Positions 17,845 through 26,573 of a DNA stretch of 26,974 nt are shown one piece after another. The position numbers and the translations under genes are program-made. The DNA comes from Myxococcota bacterium (GTDB lineage Bacteria; Myxococcota; UBA4151): NCBI GenBank assembly GCA_036338695.1, contig JAYZBQ010000071.1, positions 1 through 26,974 of the forward strand, in the 5' to 3' direction. The notes under the pieces are model-generated. The model did not search any database. It had not been told where the DNA came from and was given only the letters and a program-made list of their open reading frames with translations. Numbering within the stretch: position 1 is the stretch's first letter; every line of letters starts with the position of its first letter.

Positions 17845-19938
17845 TTAGTTGGCGATCAACGGCGCAATCACCAACGCCACCACGGTCATCAGCTTGACCA
17901 GGATGTTCAGCGCAGGACCCGCCGTGTCCTTGAAGGGATCGCCCACGGTGTCGCCGATCACGGCGGCGTGGTGCGAATCGGAGCCCTTACCTTGGTCATT
18001 GGCGTGGTCTTTCTCTTCGCCTTCGATCTGCTTCTTGGCGTTGTCCCAGGCACCGCCTGCGTTGGACATAAAGATGGCGAGCAGTACGCCCGACACCAAC
18101 GCGCCAGCCAACAAACCGCCCAGCACCTTGACCGAGAAGAAGCCAGCGACGACCGGCGCCGTCACGGCGAGCAGCCCGGGAAGCATCATCTGCTTAATCG
18201 CAGCCTGGGTCGAGATCTCGACGCACTTGGCGTGCTCGGCCTTGACGCCCTCGGCGCCCTCTTTGAGCCCGGGGATCTCACGGAACTGACGACGGACCTC
18301 AACGATCATGTCGTTCGCCGCTAAGCCCACCGCCTTCATCGCCATCGACGAGAAGAGGTACGGCAGCATGCCACCGATCAGGATCCCCACCATCACCAAC
18401 GGGTCGGTCAAATCGATCACGTCGATGTTGGCGACACCACGGAACGCTGCGAACAGCGCCAGCGCCGTCAGCGCAGCCGAACCAATCGCAAAGCCCTTAC
18501 CGATAGCAGCCGTCGTGTTGCCCACGGCGTCGAGGTTATCGGTGCGCTCGCGCACCTCCGCCGGCAAGTGCGCCATCTCGGCGATACCACCTGCGTTGTC
18601 CGCCACCGGACCGTAGGCGTCGACCGCCAGCTGGATCCCGGTGGTGCAGAGCATACCGAGCGCTGCCAGCGCCACGCCGTACAAGCCGGCGAAGTGGAAC
18701 GCCACCAAGATGGCTGCCGAGATCTCGATCATCGGAAGCGCCGTCGACTGGAAGCCCACACCGACGCCGGCGATGATGTTCGTCGCCGGTCCGGTCTTGG
18801 ACGCGTCACGGATGCTCGTGACCGGCGGCTTGTTGCAAGCGCAGTAGTGCTCGGTCGTGAAGCCGACCGCCACACCTGCAGCCAAACCACCGATGGTGGC
18901 GTACAGGACCTCCATCACGCCGATGGTCTTACCGCCGAGCACCAAACCGCCCTCGGGGAGGATCATCCCTGCGATAAAGTAGGTTGCGCCGATCATCACG
19001 ATCGCTGCGCCGAGCGTCCCTCGGTCGAGGGCGTGCTGAGCGTTCCCGCCCTCTTTCACGTTCACGGTGTAGGTAAAGGCGATCGAAACGATCACGCCGA
19101 CCGAAGCGATCGCCAGCGGAAGAATCGCTGCGCGCACGCCGGCGTCACCGCCTGCGAGTGCGCCCAGAACCATGGCGCCGATGATCGAGCCGACAAAGGA
19201 CTCGAACAAGTCGGCGCCCATGCCTGCCACGTCACCGACGTTGTCACCGACGTTGTCTGCGATCGTTGCGGGGTTGCGCGGGTCGTCTTCCGGGATACCG
19301 GCTTCGACCTTACCGACCAAGTCGGCGCCTACGTCAGCAGCCTTGGTAAAGATACCGCCGCCCACGCGTGCGAAGAGGGCGATCGAAGAGGCGCCGAGCG
19401 AGAAGCCGGACAGTACCTGGATGGCACGACTCAGGTTCGCTTCGCCGCCGAAGCCGCCCACACCAAACTTGAAGTACGCCAAGAAGAGCGTGCCCAGACC
19501 CAGCAGCGCCAAGCCCACGACGCTCATGCCCATGACCGCGCCGCCCCGGAAGGCGACCTTGAGCGCGTCGGACAAGCCGGTGCGAGCAGCGTGCGCCGTG
19601 CGCACGTTGGCGCTGGTCGCCACCATCATCCCTGCATAACCGGCAGCTGCTGAGCAGACCGCGCCGATCACGAAGCTGACGCCGACGAGCGCGTGGGACG
19701 CCGCCTGACCGCTGTTGAAGACCGCCAGGAGCACCGCCACGACCACCACGAAGATGGCGAGCACTTTGTACTCTGCTGCCAAGAAGGCTTTGGCGCCGTC
19801 TTTGATGTCGCTCGAGATCTCACGCATCCGGTCGGTACCGACCTCCTGCGCGCTGACCCAGTTCGAGGTCAAAAAGGCGTAGATCAGCCCGATGGCCCCG
19901 GCGACGGGAACGAGGTACAACCAAGTATCGATAGACAT
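17845..19938 (-). CDS. hppA: Membrane-integral pyrophosphatase, K+-dependent, probably Na+-translocating
   Basis: Motifs [68 protein letters not shown]19938 follows GGGAG. Confidence 0.97.
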   Translation of the reverse strand: MSIDTWLYLVPVAGAIGLIYAFLTSNWVSAQEVGTDRMREISSDIKDGAKAFLAAEYKVLAIFVVVVAVLLAVFNSGQAASHALVGVSFVIGAVCSAAAGYAGMMVATSANVRTAHAARTGLSDALKVAFRGGAVMGMSVVGLALLGLGTLFLAYFKFGVGGFGGEANLSRAIQVLSGFSLGASSIALFARVGGGIFTKAADVGADLVGKVEAGIPEDDPRNPATIADNVGDNVGDVAGMGADLFESFVGSIIGAMVLGALAGGDAGVRAAILPLAIASVGVIVSIAFTYTVNVKEGGNAQHALDRGTLGAAIVMIGATYFIAGMILPEGGLVLGGKTIGVMEVLYATIGGLAAGVAVGFTTEHYCACNKPPVTSIRDASKTGPATNIIAGVGVGFQSTALPMIEISAAILVAFHFAGLYGVALAALGMLCTTGIQLAVDAYGPVADNAGGIAEMAHLPAEVRERTDNLDAVGNTTAAIGKGFAIGSAALTALALFAAFRGVANIDVIDLTDPLVMVGILIGGMLPYLFSSMAMKAVGLAANDMIVEVRRQFREIPGLKEGAEGVKAEHAKCVEISTQAAIKQMMLPGLLAVTAPVVAGFFSVKVLGGLLAGALVSGVLLAIFMSNAGGAWDNAKKQIEGEEKDHANDQGKGSDSHHAAVIGDTVGDPFKDTAGPALNILVKLMTVVALVIAPLIAN

Positions 19939-19971
19939 TATTCTCCCACTCACGTTGCTTTAAGCGAGCGC

Positions 19972-20000
19972 CCTATAGGGACGAGCCCGAGAGCGGTCAA
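19972..20000 (-). promoter_or_regulatory. Candidate sigma70 promoter of hppA
   Basis: TTGACC(20000-19995)-N17-TATAGG(19977-19972). Confidence 0.5.
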
Positions 20001-20038
20001 TGGTCATATCGAGGCCCTACGACACCTGAGGGAGCGGT

Positions 20039-20620
20039 CTAGCGCCCAGCGATCGGACCTGCGGCATTGACCGTGTTCATCGCCGCCACGACGCCGTCGC
20101 GAAGGACCGCCTCGACGGCGTCGCAAGCGCGCTCAACAACGGCCTGCACATCCCGGTCCTCATCGGCGCTGAAGCGCCCGAGGACGTGCCCCGTCACGTC
20201 CCCGCCACTCGACGGGCGCCCGATCCCAATGCGCACGCGAGGGTAATCGCCCCCGCCCCATCGCGAGCTGATCGAGCGCAGTCCATTATGGCCAGCATGG
20301 CCCCCAGACTGCTTGATCCGCACGAGGCCAAAACTCAAATCCAGCTCATCATGGATGATCAAAACTCGAGCGCTGGGCACCTTGAAAAAGGCAGCCATCG
20401 GCTGCACCGAATCGCCGCTGTTGTTCATGAACGTCTGCGGCTTACTCAAGACCACCGAACGACCGGCGATCGACTCCCGCCCAAACTGAGCGCTGAACTT
20501 TTTGGTGCCGAGCTTACCGCCCGCTCGCTCAGCCAGACGATCCACGACCATGAACCCGATGTTGTGACGCGTCTGCGCGTACTTCGCGCCAGGGTTCCCT
20601 AAGCCGACCACCAACCACAT
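20039..20620 (-). CDS. pth: Peptidyl-tRNA hydrolase
   Basis: MWLVVGLGNPG..Y..TRHNIGF, KPQTFMNNSG, HDELDL, GGHAGHNGLRSI, RVRIGIGRP. ATG20620 follows GAGGAG. Confidence 0.98.
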   Translation of the reverse strand: MWLVVGLGNPGAKYAQTRHNIGFMVVDRLAERAGGKLGTKKFSAQFGRESIAGRSVVLSKPQTFMNNSGDSVQPMAAFFKVPSARVLIIHDELDLSFGLVRIKQSGGHAGHNGLRSISSRWGGGDYPRVRIGIGRPSSGGDVTGHVLGRFSADEDRDVQAVVERACDAVEAVLRDGVVAAMNTVNAAGPIAGR

Positions 20621-20714
20621 CGGTTGCTCCTCAACGCGAGAAGAGCCCCGATGGGTCAACGACCCGTCGGAGCTCTTGCTCACGAACCATTGAAGGAGTC
20701 GCTTCAACGTGCGT

Positions 20715-21302
20715 TTAGCTCGCTTCTTCTTCAGCCTCAGCCTGTCGAGCGGCGCGCCCCTTGACGCACTGAACGACCACGAAGTCGTTCTTGAAGACCT
20801 TCTCGATGCCGTCGGCGGCTGGGCACTCGCTGTAACGGAAGGCTTCATCACCATCGAGCGGCGAGACATCCACCGGGAACGACGCCGGGATCGCCTCGGG
20901 CAGACAGCTCACGTCCACCACACGGCGCACCAAGCGCATCCGACCACCAGCGAGCACGCCCTTGGCGCGCCCGACCATCTCCACCGGGACCTTCACCGTG
21001 ATCGCGCTCTTGAGGTCCACGCGGATGAAGTCCACGTGAAGCAACTCACGCGACAGAGGGTCTGACTGAAGCTCGGTCACAAGCACCGGCTCGGCGGCTG
21101 CGCCGTCGATCTCCAGACCGATCAGGGTGTTTCGGCGATGGCTGCCGCGCAGGAGGCGCGCCAGATCGGCCGAGCGGACGGTGATGCTGCTGACCTCGCC
21201 GTCGCCTCCGTAAACGACCCCGGGCATCTCGCCCGCAGCGCGTAAGCGCCGGTTGTTGCCTTTACCCGTTTTGCTTCGAAGGCTTGCTGTAAGTTGTTGC
21301 AT
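20715..21302 (-). CDS. rplY: 50S ribosomal protein L25 / Ctc
   Basis: GKGNNRRLRAAGEMPGVVYG, LLHVDF, VKVPVEMVG..KGV..GG, CLPEAIP. Canonical prs-rplY-pth order. Confidence 0.95.
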   Translation of the reverse strand: MQQLTASLRSKTGKGNNRRLRAAGEMPGVVYGGDGEVSSITVRSADLARLLRGSHRRNTLIGLEIDGAAAEPVLVTELQSDPLSRELLHVDFIRVDLKSAITVKVPVEMVGRAKGVLAGGRMRLVRRVVDVSCLPEAIPASFPVDVSPLDGDEAFRYSECPAADGIEKVFKNDFVVVQCVKGRAARQAEAEEEAS

Positions 21303-21364
21303 GATCTGCTCCTATGTCGCTCCACGATGACGCCGCCTCATTGCGGCCTCGCATGAGCGCTCCT

Positions 21365-22348
21365 TTATTCGAAGAGGTTGGAAATACTCCGGCTCGAGTT
21401 GACCCGAGAGATCGCCTCAGCGAACAGCCGGGCGACACTCAGCACGGTCACCTTGGGACACTCTGAGTCAAGGTTGTTGTGAGGGATGGTGTCCGTGACG
21501 ACCACCTCCTCGATAACCGAAGCCATGATTCGGTCCTTGGCTGGTCCGCTCAGGACCGCATGGGTAGCTGCAGCCCGAACACTGAGCGCGCCGTGCGCCT
21601 TGACCGCCTCGGCGGCGTGACAGAGCGTCCCAGCCGTATCGATCATATCATCGACCAGCAGCGCATGGCGGCCCTCGACGTCCCCGACGAGGTTCATCAC
21701 CTTGCTTTGGTTGGCGCGCTCACGCCGCTTGTCAATGATCGCCAGGCTGGCGCCAAGCCGCCGAGCGTAGGCTCGAGCTTTCTCGACCCCGCCGGCATCC
21801 GGGCTCACGACCACGAGCTGCTCGCTCGGATCTTCGACGCCGAACTGGCGGTAGTGATCGGCGAGAAAACTGCGCATCACCGGCATGGCGTAGAGGTGAT
21901 CGACAGGGGCGTCGAAAAACCCTTGGATCTGTCCTGCGTGGAACTCCATCGAGAGGACTCGATTAACGCCCGCAGCGGACAGCAGATCCGCCACCAAACG
22001 CGCAGAGATCGGGGCTCGGGGCAGCGCCTTGCGGTCCTGCCGAGCGTAGCCATAGTAGGGAATCACGGCGGTGATGTTCGCTGCAGACGCCCGCTTGAGG
22101 GCGTCGATCATCACCAGCAGCTCCATCAGGTGATCGTTGGCGGGTGCGCCTGTGCTCTGGATCACGAAGACGTCGCAGCCGCGCACGGACTCCATGATGT
22201 CGATGTTGACCTCACCGTCACTAAAGCGACCCACGGTCGCTTGTCCGACGGGGACGCCGAGCGCCTCGCAGATGGAACTCGCCAGCTGCGGACAACCATT
22301 GCCGGCGAACACCTTGATCTTACCTCGGGTTGCCACCACAGAACCCAT
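21365..22348 (-). CDS. prs: Ribose-phosphate pyrophosphokinase
   Basis: FSDGEV, PYYGYARQDRK, HAGQIQGFF, VVSPDAGG, VDDMIDTAGTL. Start uncertain (ATG22348 or GTG22354). Confidence 0.98.
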   Translation of the reverse strand: MGSVVATRGKIKVFAGNGCPQLASSICEALGVPVGQATVGRFSDGEVNIDIMESVRGCDVFVIQSTGAPANDHLMELLVMIDALKRASAANITAVIPYYGYARQDRKALPRAPISARLVADLLSAAGVNRVLSMEFHAGQIQGFFDAPVDHLYAMPVMRSFLADHYRQFGVEDPSEQLVVVSPDAGGVEKARAYARRLGASLAIIDKRRERANQSKVMNLVGDVEGRHALLVDDMIDTAGTLCHAAEAVKAHGALSVRAAATHAVLSGPAKDRIMASVIEEVVVTDTIPHNNLDSECPKVTVLSVARLFAEAISRVNSSRSISNLFE

Positions 22349-22369
22349 CCCCACTACACCTGGCGGAGT

Positions 22370-22444
22370 TGGCTGGCGCGGTAGGACTCGAACCTACAAC
22401 GGCTGGTACCAAAAACCAGTGTCCTGCCATTAGACGACGCGCCA
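22370..22444 (-). tRNA. tRNA-Gln(UUG)
   Basis: Cloverleaf: acceptor TGGCGCG/CGCGCCA, anticodon stem CTGGT/ACCAG with loop TT-TTG-GT, T-arm GTAGG-TTCGAGT-CCTAC, encoded CCA. Usual position upstream of prs. Confidence 0.97.
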
Positions 22445-22526
22445 TGAAGCCAGGTGTGCCCCGTAGGAGCGCAAGCCCAATGCACGGCCTTGCGCTAGGG
22501 TTCAATAAGAAACAGCGATGTCCTCC

Positions 22527-23546
22527 TTATGTTCCATCGAGATAGCCGGAGCGCAGCAAAAAGGTGATCGTCTTCTTCACCCAGGCGTCATCTTTTCGCA
22601 GCGCCTCAGCGACGCCATCGAGATGCCCGTGGTTGTGCGCTGCCTGCAACGCGCTGAGCTGCTCGGGGCTCAGAAACTCGAGGCTCGGTTGCATGGGGTG
22701 AGCCAAGTAGATGCTCTGCGGCGCCCCCCCCCAGCGCGCCCGATAGGCGTCCTCATCGACGACGGGGTGGCCAGCGACCGCCGTGTCACCAGGCGCCGTC
22801 AGCTCCGCGACGACCGCGCCGGCGTCATCCTCTGCGAACGGGTCCAGCTCATCGTCTTCAAGCAAGGCGGGCTCGGCCGTCGAATCCGCGACCTCTTGGC
22901 GGTCTTCCTCCGAAACCTCAGCTTCAGCTTCCGCGTCGGCGTCGTCCAGGGGCTCTGGCGCAGCCGCTTCGCCCTCCGAGACCTCATCGAGGTCCAAGCC
23001 AGAGGTGTCGAATTCGAGCTCTTCATCCGGCTCAAGCGCCGGCCCCAGGTCCGGGCTTTCCTCAGCAGATAACGCGACAGCAGCCATCGCCGTCGCCGTG
23101 ACCGACGTCAGACTCGACTCATCAAACTCAAGCTCATCCATGGCCGAAACGGTCGGGAGCATCGTCTCCTTGCCTGCGACCGCCTCCGCTTCTTCAGGCT
23201 CTAAGTCAGCGACGAACTCTCCAGCAGGCGCCGCAGCAACCCCCTCGTCGGCCTGTTCTTCGAGCCGCAAAATCGAGGTCCCAAGAAGGATCCGGTCGCC
23301 CACTGCGAGCGGTCTTTGCTCAACCCGCTCGCCATTCACAAAGGTCCCGTTTTTCGACCCGAGATCTTCGACGATGACCACACCGCCGTCCGCCTTGAAG
23401 CGGGCGTGGTGTCGGCTCACCATCTCCTCGAACAAGGTCAGCCCGGCGTCCATCCCGCGCCCCATGACCACCTCATCGCCTTCGGCGAGCGCATAAGAGC
23501 CGCCTTGGTACTTGCCGCTGATAAATCGCAGCTGATGTTTGGTCAT
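22527..23546 (-). CDS. FHA domain protein with long acidic linker
   Basis: FHA motifs GR, VSRHHA, DLGSKNGTFVNG, GDRILLG. Asp/Glu/Ala-rich centre. Helical, HTH-like C-terminus ending GYL. Confidence 0.9.
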   Translation of the reverse strand: MTKHQLRFISGKYQGGSYALAEGDEVVMGRGMDAGLTLFEEMVSRHHARFKADGGVVIVEDLGSKNGTFVNGERVEQRPLAVGDRILLGTSILRLEEQADEGVAAAPAGEFVADLEPEEAEAVAGKETMLPTVSAMDELEFDESSLTSVTATAMAAVALSAEESPDLGPALEPDEELEFDTSGLDLDEVSEGEAAAPEPLDDADAEAEAEVSEEDRQEVADSTAEPALLEDDELDPFAEDDAGAVVAELTAPGDTAVAGHPVVDEDAYRARWGGAPQSIYLAHPMQPSLEFLSPEQLSALQAAHNHGHLDGVAEALRKDDAWVKKTITFLLRSGYLDGT

Positions 23547-24340
23547 GGCTTCGCCTCCTCGGAAAGGACCGACTGCTCAGGGTACAGCTTGGGGGGCTCC
23601 GGGTAAACGAGGGGTGAGGCCTTCACCTGCTTCTCAACACCATCGACCCAGTCCTTATCCGTCGCCGTCTCCGGTACATCGGCGTACTCCTGCCGAGCGG
23701 TCCGCCAACGCGCCAGCGCCGCGTGCGGTCGACCTTGTTCGGCGCTCCAGCGCGCCAGAAAGACTTGCTGTCGGTAGAGCAGCGTCCTCGCTGCGCTCCG
23801 AATTCGCCGCACCTCAGCGCTGCGTGCGTCGTCGCGATGAAACTCGAGGAACGCGTTGGCTGCGATGACCGTTGCGCGTGCATCCTCTAAGTCACGCTCA
23901 TGCGCTGGCGGCAGCAAGGCGAAGGTGCCCGGTCGCTCAGCCCAGCTGGTCTGGATGATCGCAAAGCGTACATCCCCGGACTTGGGATGGCCGGGATGTT
24001 GCTTGAGAAACCGCGTAAAGCCACTGAGCGCACCCTCTGCCTCACCCTGCGCTGCGAGCGCCTTGGCGTGTCCCAACTCGGCGAGCACCGCAAAGCGCGA
24101 GAACGGGTATTTCTCCATCACCATGCGAAAGGTTTGCGCCGCCTCGATGCCCAGGTCGTTGCCCAGCAGGCGCTCGGCGCGATCGTAGAGCGCCTTCGCC
24201 TTCTGGCGGTACTTTACCGGATCCGTCTCTTGATCGGCTTCGATCCGCTCAGGCGCTCGATCAAGCCCCTCTGGCTCCATGTTGAGCATCGGACTGTTTG
24301 CCTGAGCCAACAACAGAACCCCGACCCATACCGTCGTCAT
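23543..24340 (-). CDS. bamD: Outer membrane protein assembly factor BamD (YfiO/ComL family)
   Basis: TPR-like pattern LYDRAE, KYPFSRFAVLAEL, FLKQHPGHPK, LPPAHERD, LARW...AALARW...EY. Confidence 0.8.
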   Translation of the reverse strand: MTTVWVGVLLLAQANSPMLNMEPEGLDRAPERIEADQETDPVKYRQKAKALYDRAERLLGNDLGIEAAQTFRMVMEKYPFSRFAVLAELGHAKALAAQGEAEGALSGFTRFLKQHPGHPKSGDVRFAIIQTSWAERPGTFALLPPAHERDLEDARATVIAANAFLEFHRDDARSAEVRRIRSAARTLLYRQQVFLARWSAEQGRPHAALARWRTARQEYADVPETATDKDWVDGVEKQVKASPLVYPEPPKLYPEQSVLSEEAKP

Positions 24341-24990
24341 GGTTTCACTCCATCTAGACGCATCAGCTCGGCGCTTTTGACCCAGCCGACGACTCCGCTC
24401 CCTGTCCGCACACGCGTCCAGCCTTGACGCGCCTCGAGACGGCTCAAAAGGTTGCCTTCCGGAACCTCCAGCACCACCCGAGCTTTCGCCTCCGGGCGCT
24501 CCCGGAGTCCGACCTCTCGACTGAGCGCGGCGCGATCATCGACAACGAGGACCGCCTGATGCAAGCCCAAAAGGACAAGCGCCCCCGACACCCCCACCCG
24601 AGCGACTCGAAACAAGGCGTCCCGCTGACGCCGTCGGCTGACTGCGAGCACGCCCAAGAGGAGGGCGAGAAACGTGACCGTTCGAACCGGCAGGCGAGCC
24701 AGTTGACCGAGCGGCGGCTCGGCGTCATCGCCGGCGCCTCGGTCGAGCCGCGCAAGCAAGCGGTTGATCCGGACGGCGTCGTCTTCCGGGTCTCGCTGGG
24801 TCAGCCACTCATAGTCGACCATGGCTGCGCTCAGCTCCCCGGCGGCGTGGGCACTCACGGCGTGGTTGTAACGCCACACCGGATCCGTCGGCGCAGGCGC
24901 TTGATTGAGCAGATCAAGCGCTGCGGCAGGGTCACCCGCCTCGAAACGGTCCTGAGGGGTCATCGCCAGCAGCAACAAGGTGAGGATCAT
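24337..24990 (-). CDS. BatE-like protein (TPR, TM, C-terminal SH3b)
   Basis: YNHAVSAHAAGELSAAMVDYE...PEDDAVRINR (TPR), two TM segments, LRERP...VPEG...GWTRVRTGSGVVGWV (SH3b). Directly after batD. Confidence 0.8.
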   Translation of the reverse strand: MILTLLLLAMTPQDRFEAGDPAAALDLLNQAPAPTDPVWRYNHAVSAHAAGELSAAMVDYEWLTQRDPEDDAVRINRLLARLDRGAGDDAEPPLGQLARLPVRTVTFLALLLGVLAVSRRRQRDALFRVARVGVSGALVLLGLHQAVLVVDDRAALSREVGLRERPEAKARVVLEVPEGNLLSRLEARQGWTRVRTGSGVVGWVKSAELMRLDGVKP

Positions 24991-26573
24991 GGTGCCTCTC
25001 CCAGCCAGCTCACCAGACGATCCCGGATCACCTCAGCGGTCTGCTCCGAGGGGCCGTAAGCCGCTGCGTCGAGCGCGTTGAGCCGCTGATCGAGCTCAAC
25101 GGCTCGCTCAAACCCGAGCGCTTGCTGCGCCTGAGCGATGAGCTCTTCTCGCCCCAGCCCCCGGACCGGGACACCAAGCGCGCGCTCGAGCGCCAACTCG
25201 AGCGCGCCCCGTTGCGCCTCCTCGTGGGTCGGCGCGTCACCCAAACGCTGAGGCCACCACGCCATCACCGACAACATCAACACCACGACGAGCCAAGCCG
25301 GATGCGCCAACCAGGCCCCGAGTGTGCGCTGGGTCCGAAAACTTCCGATCGGCCCCCGTACACCGCCAACCGTCGCCTGTGATGTCTCACCGAGTGCGCT
25401 GTCGTCGGTGGGAGCGAGCGTGCCGACGACGTCAAACTCAAAGGGACCGACGATCGTGCGGCGCTCCGTCTGCTTGTCGGGGTCGAACCAGCGCACCTCG
25501 AGCCCCTGAAGTCGATGCTTTCCAGGGACGGTGGCTTGGATCGGCAGCGTCCATGTCAGCTCGCCGCCGATCAGCGCTGCGCCCTCCTTCATCTCGACCT
25601 CTCGTTTGGGCGTAAAACCGCGTAGCCCCGGCGGCAAACGCACCTCAGGCAGGGGAAACGCTTTGATGTTCCCGTCGCCGGCGACGGTCACCTTGAGCTC
25701 GATCACGTCACCGAGGTTGACTCGGTCTGGGATGAAGCCGTGCCGTACCCGATACCGGCCGACGTGAGCCGCTTGAACGCCCTGCGGCAACGCCCGAACC
25801 CGCAGCTGGATCGGGTTTGCGTACAAGGTCTTCTCTTTGACCCCACCAAAGAACATATCGCCCTGAAGGACCTGCACGACCGCCTGACCACCCGCCAATT
25901 CCAGCTCACCCGCGCGCTCTGCGAAGCCGGCGATGCGCCCGATCATATGCCTGCGGAACCGACGCCCGGAGTACACGACCACCTCGCTGCCCGCGCGCGT
26001 CGGGTTATCGAGCTGCTCCCACCAGATGCCTGGCGCCTCGGGGTAGTCGAGCTCGGAGACCCCCTCGAGCCTGACCCGGCTGTAAACATGCGCCGTGATG
26101 GTAAACTGCTGCCCGACATAAGGCTCCTCGGGCTGCACCGAGAAATCCACGAACAGATCGCCCTCAGCGCGCTGTGCAGACGGCACGCGCGCGGCAGCAC
26201 CGATCACACGAACCGGAACCTGCGCCGATTGCCCCACCTGAGTGCCTGCCCGCACGCGCACCGGACCAAGAGGGTACGCGCCGGGCGTACGGGGCGCCTT
26301 GAGCACATAGCGTAAAACGCTGGAGTGGATGACCGAGCGCTGGCCACCGGAAAACGTCATCTGGGTGCTGCTGCTCGTGCCACCGGTTGAGACCAAGGTA
26401 AACTTGCCGAGCCCGAGGTCCTCCACCGACACTTGCTGGCGGGAGCTGCTCGTCACACGCAGGGTAAGCTGGACCTGCTCGCCTGCTCGAGCAGGGGCAG
26501 GTTCAAGCTCTGCGACCACCTCGACCGCCTTGACCGGCGCGCTCATGAGCATGGCGATCCACAGCACCCTCAC
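24987..26573 (-). CDS. batD: BatD family protein
   Basis: Signal peptide and repeated Ig-like domains (GEQVQLTL, SSSTQMTF, PGAYPLGP, PYVGQQF, VRALP, VGRY, VAGDGNI, WFDP), C-terminal TM. GTG26573 overlaps the upstream TGA. Confidence 0.85.
   Translation of the reverse strand: MRVLWIAMLMSAPVKAVEVVAELEPAPARAGEQVQLTLRVTSSSRQQVSVEDLGLGKFTLVSTGGTSSSTQMTFSGGQRSVIHSSVLRYVLKAPRTPGAYPLGPVRVRAGTQVGQSAQVPVRVIGAAARVPSAQRAEGDLFVDFSVQPEEPYVGQQFTITAHVYSRVRLEGVSELDYPEAPGIWWEQLDNPTRAGSEVVVYSGRRFRRHMIGRIAGFAERAGELELAGGQAVVQVLQGDMFFGGVKEKTLYANPIQLRVRALPQGVQAAHVGRYRVRHGFIPDRVNLGDVIELKVTVAGDGNIKAFPLPEVRLPPGLRGFTPKREVEMKEGAALIGGELTWTLPIQATVPGKHRLQGLEVRWFDPDKQTERRTIVGPFEFDVVGTLAPTDDSALGETSQATVGGVRGPIGSFRTQRTLGAWLAHPAWLVVVLMLSVMAWWPQRLGDAPTHEEAQRGALELALERALGVPVRGLGREELIAQAQQALGFERAVELDQRLNALDAAAYGPSEQTAEVIRDRLVSWLGEAP

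Noticed and set aside
20621..20869. 83-aa N-terminal extension of Pth in the ORF track
   Set aside because: It overlaps rplY in another frame. Homology starts at MWLVVGLGNPG, which has its own RBS.
22355..22444. tRNA as integration site of a mobile element
   Set aside because: No integrase, no duplicated tRNA 3' end seen, and prs follows directly in the canonical order.
22320..22545. Small ORFs spanning the tRNA
   Set aside because: The region is explained by tRNA-Gln and its flanks.
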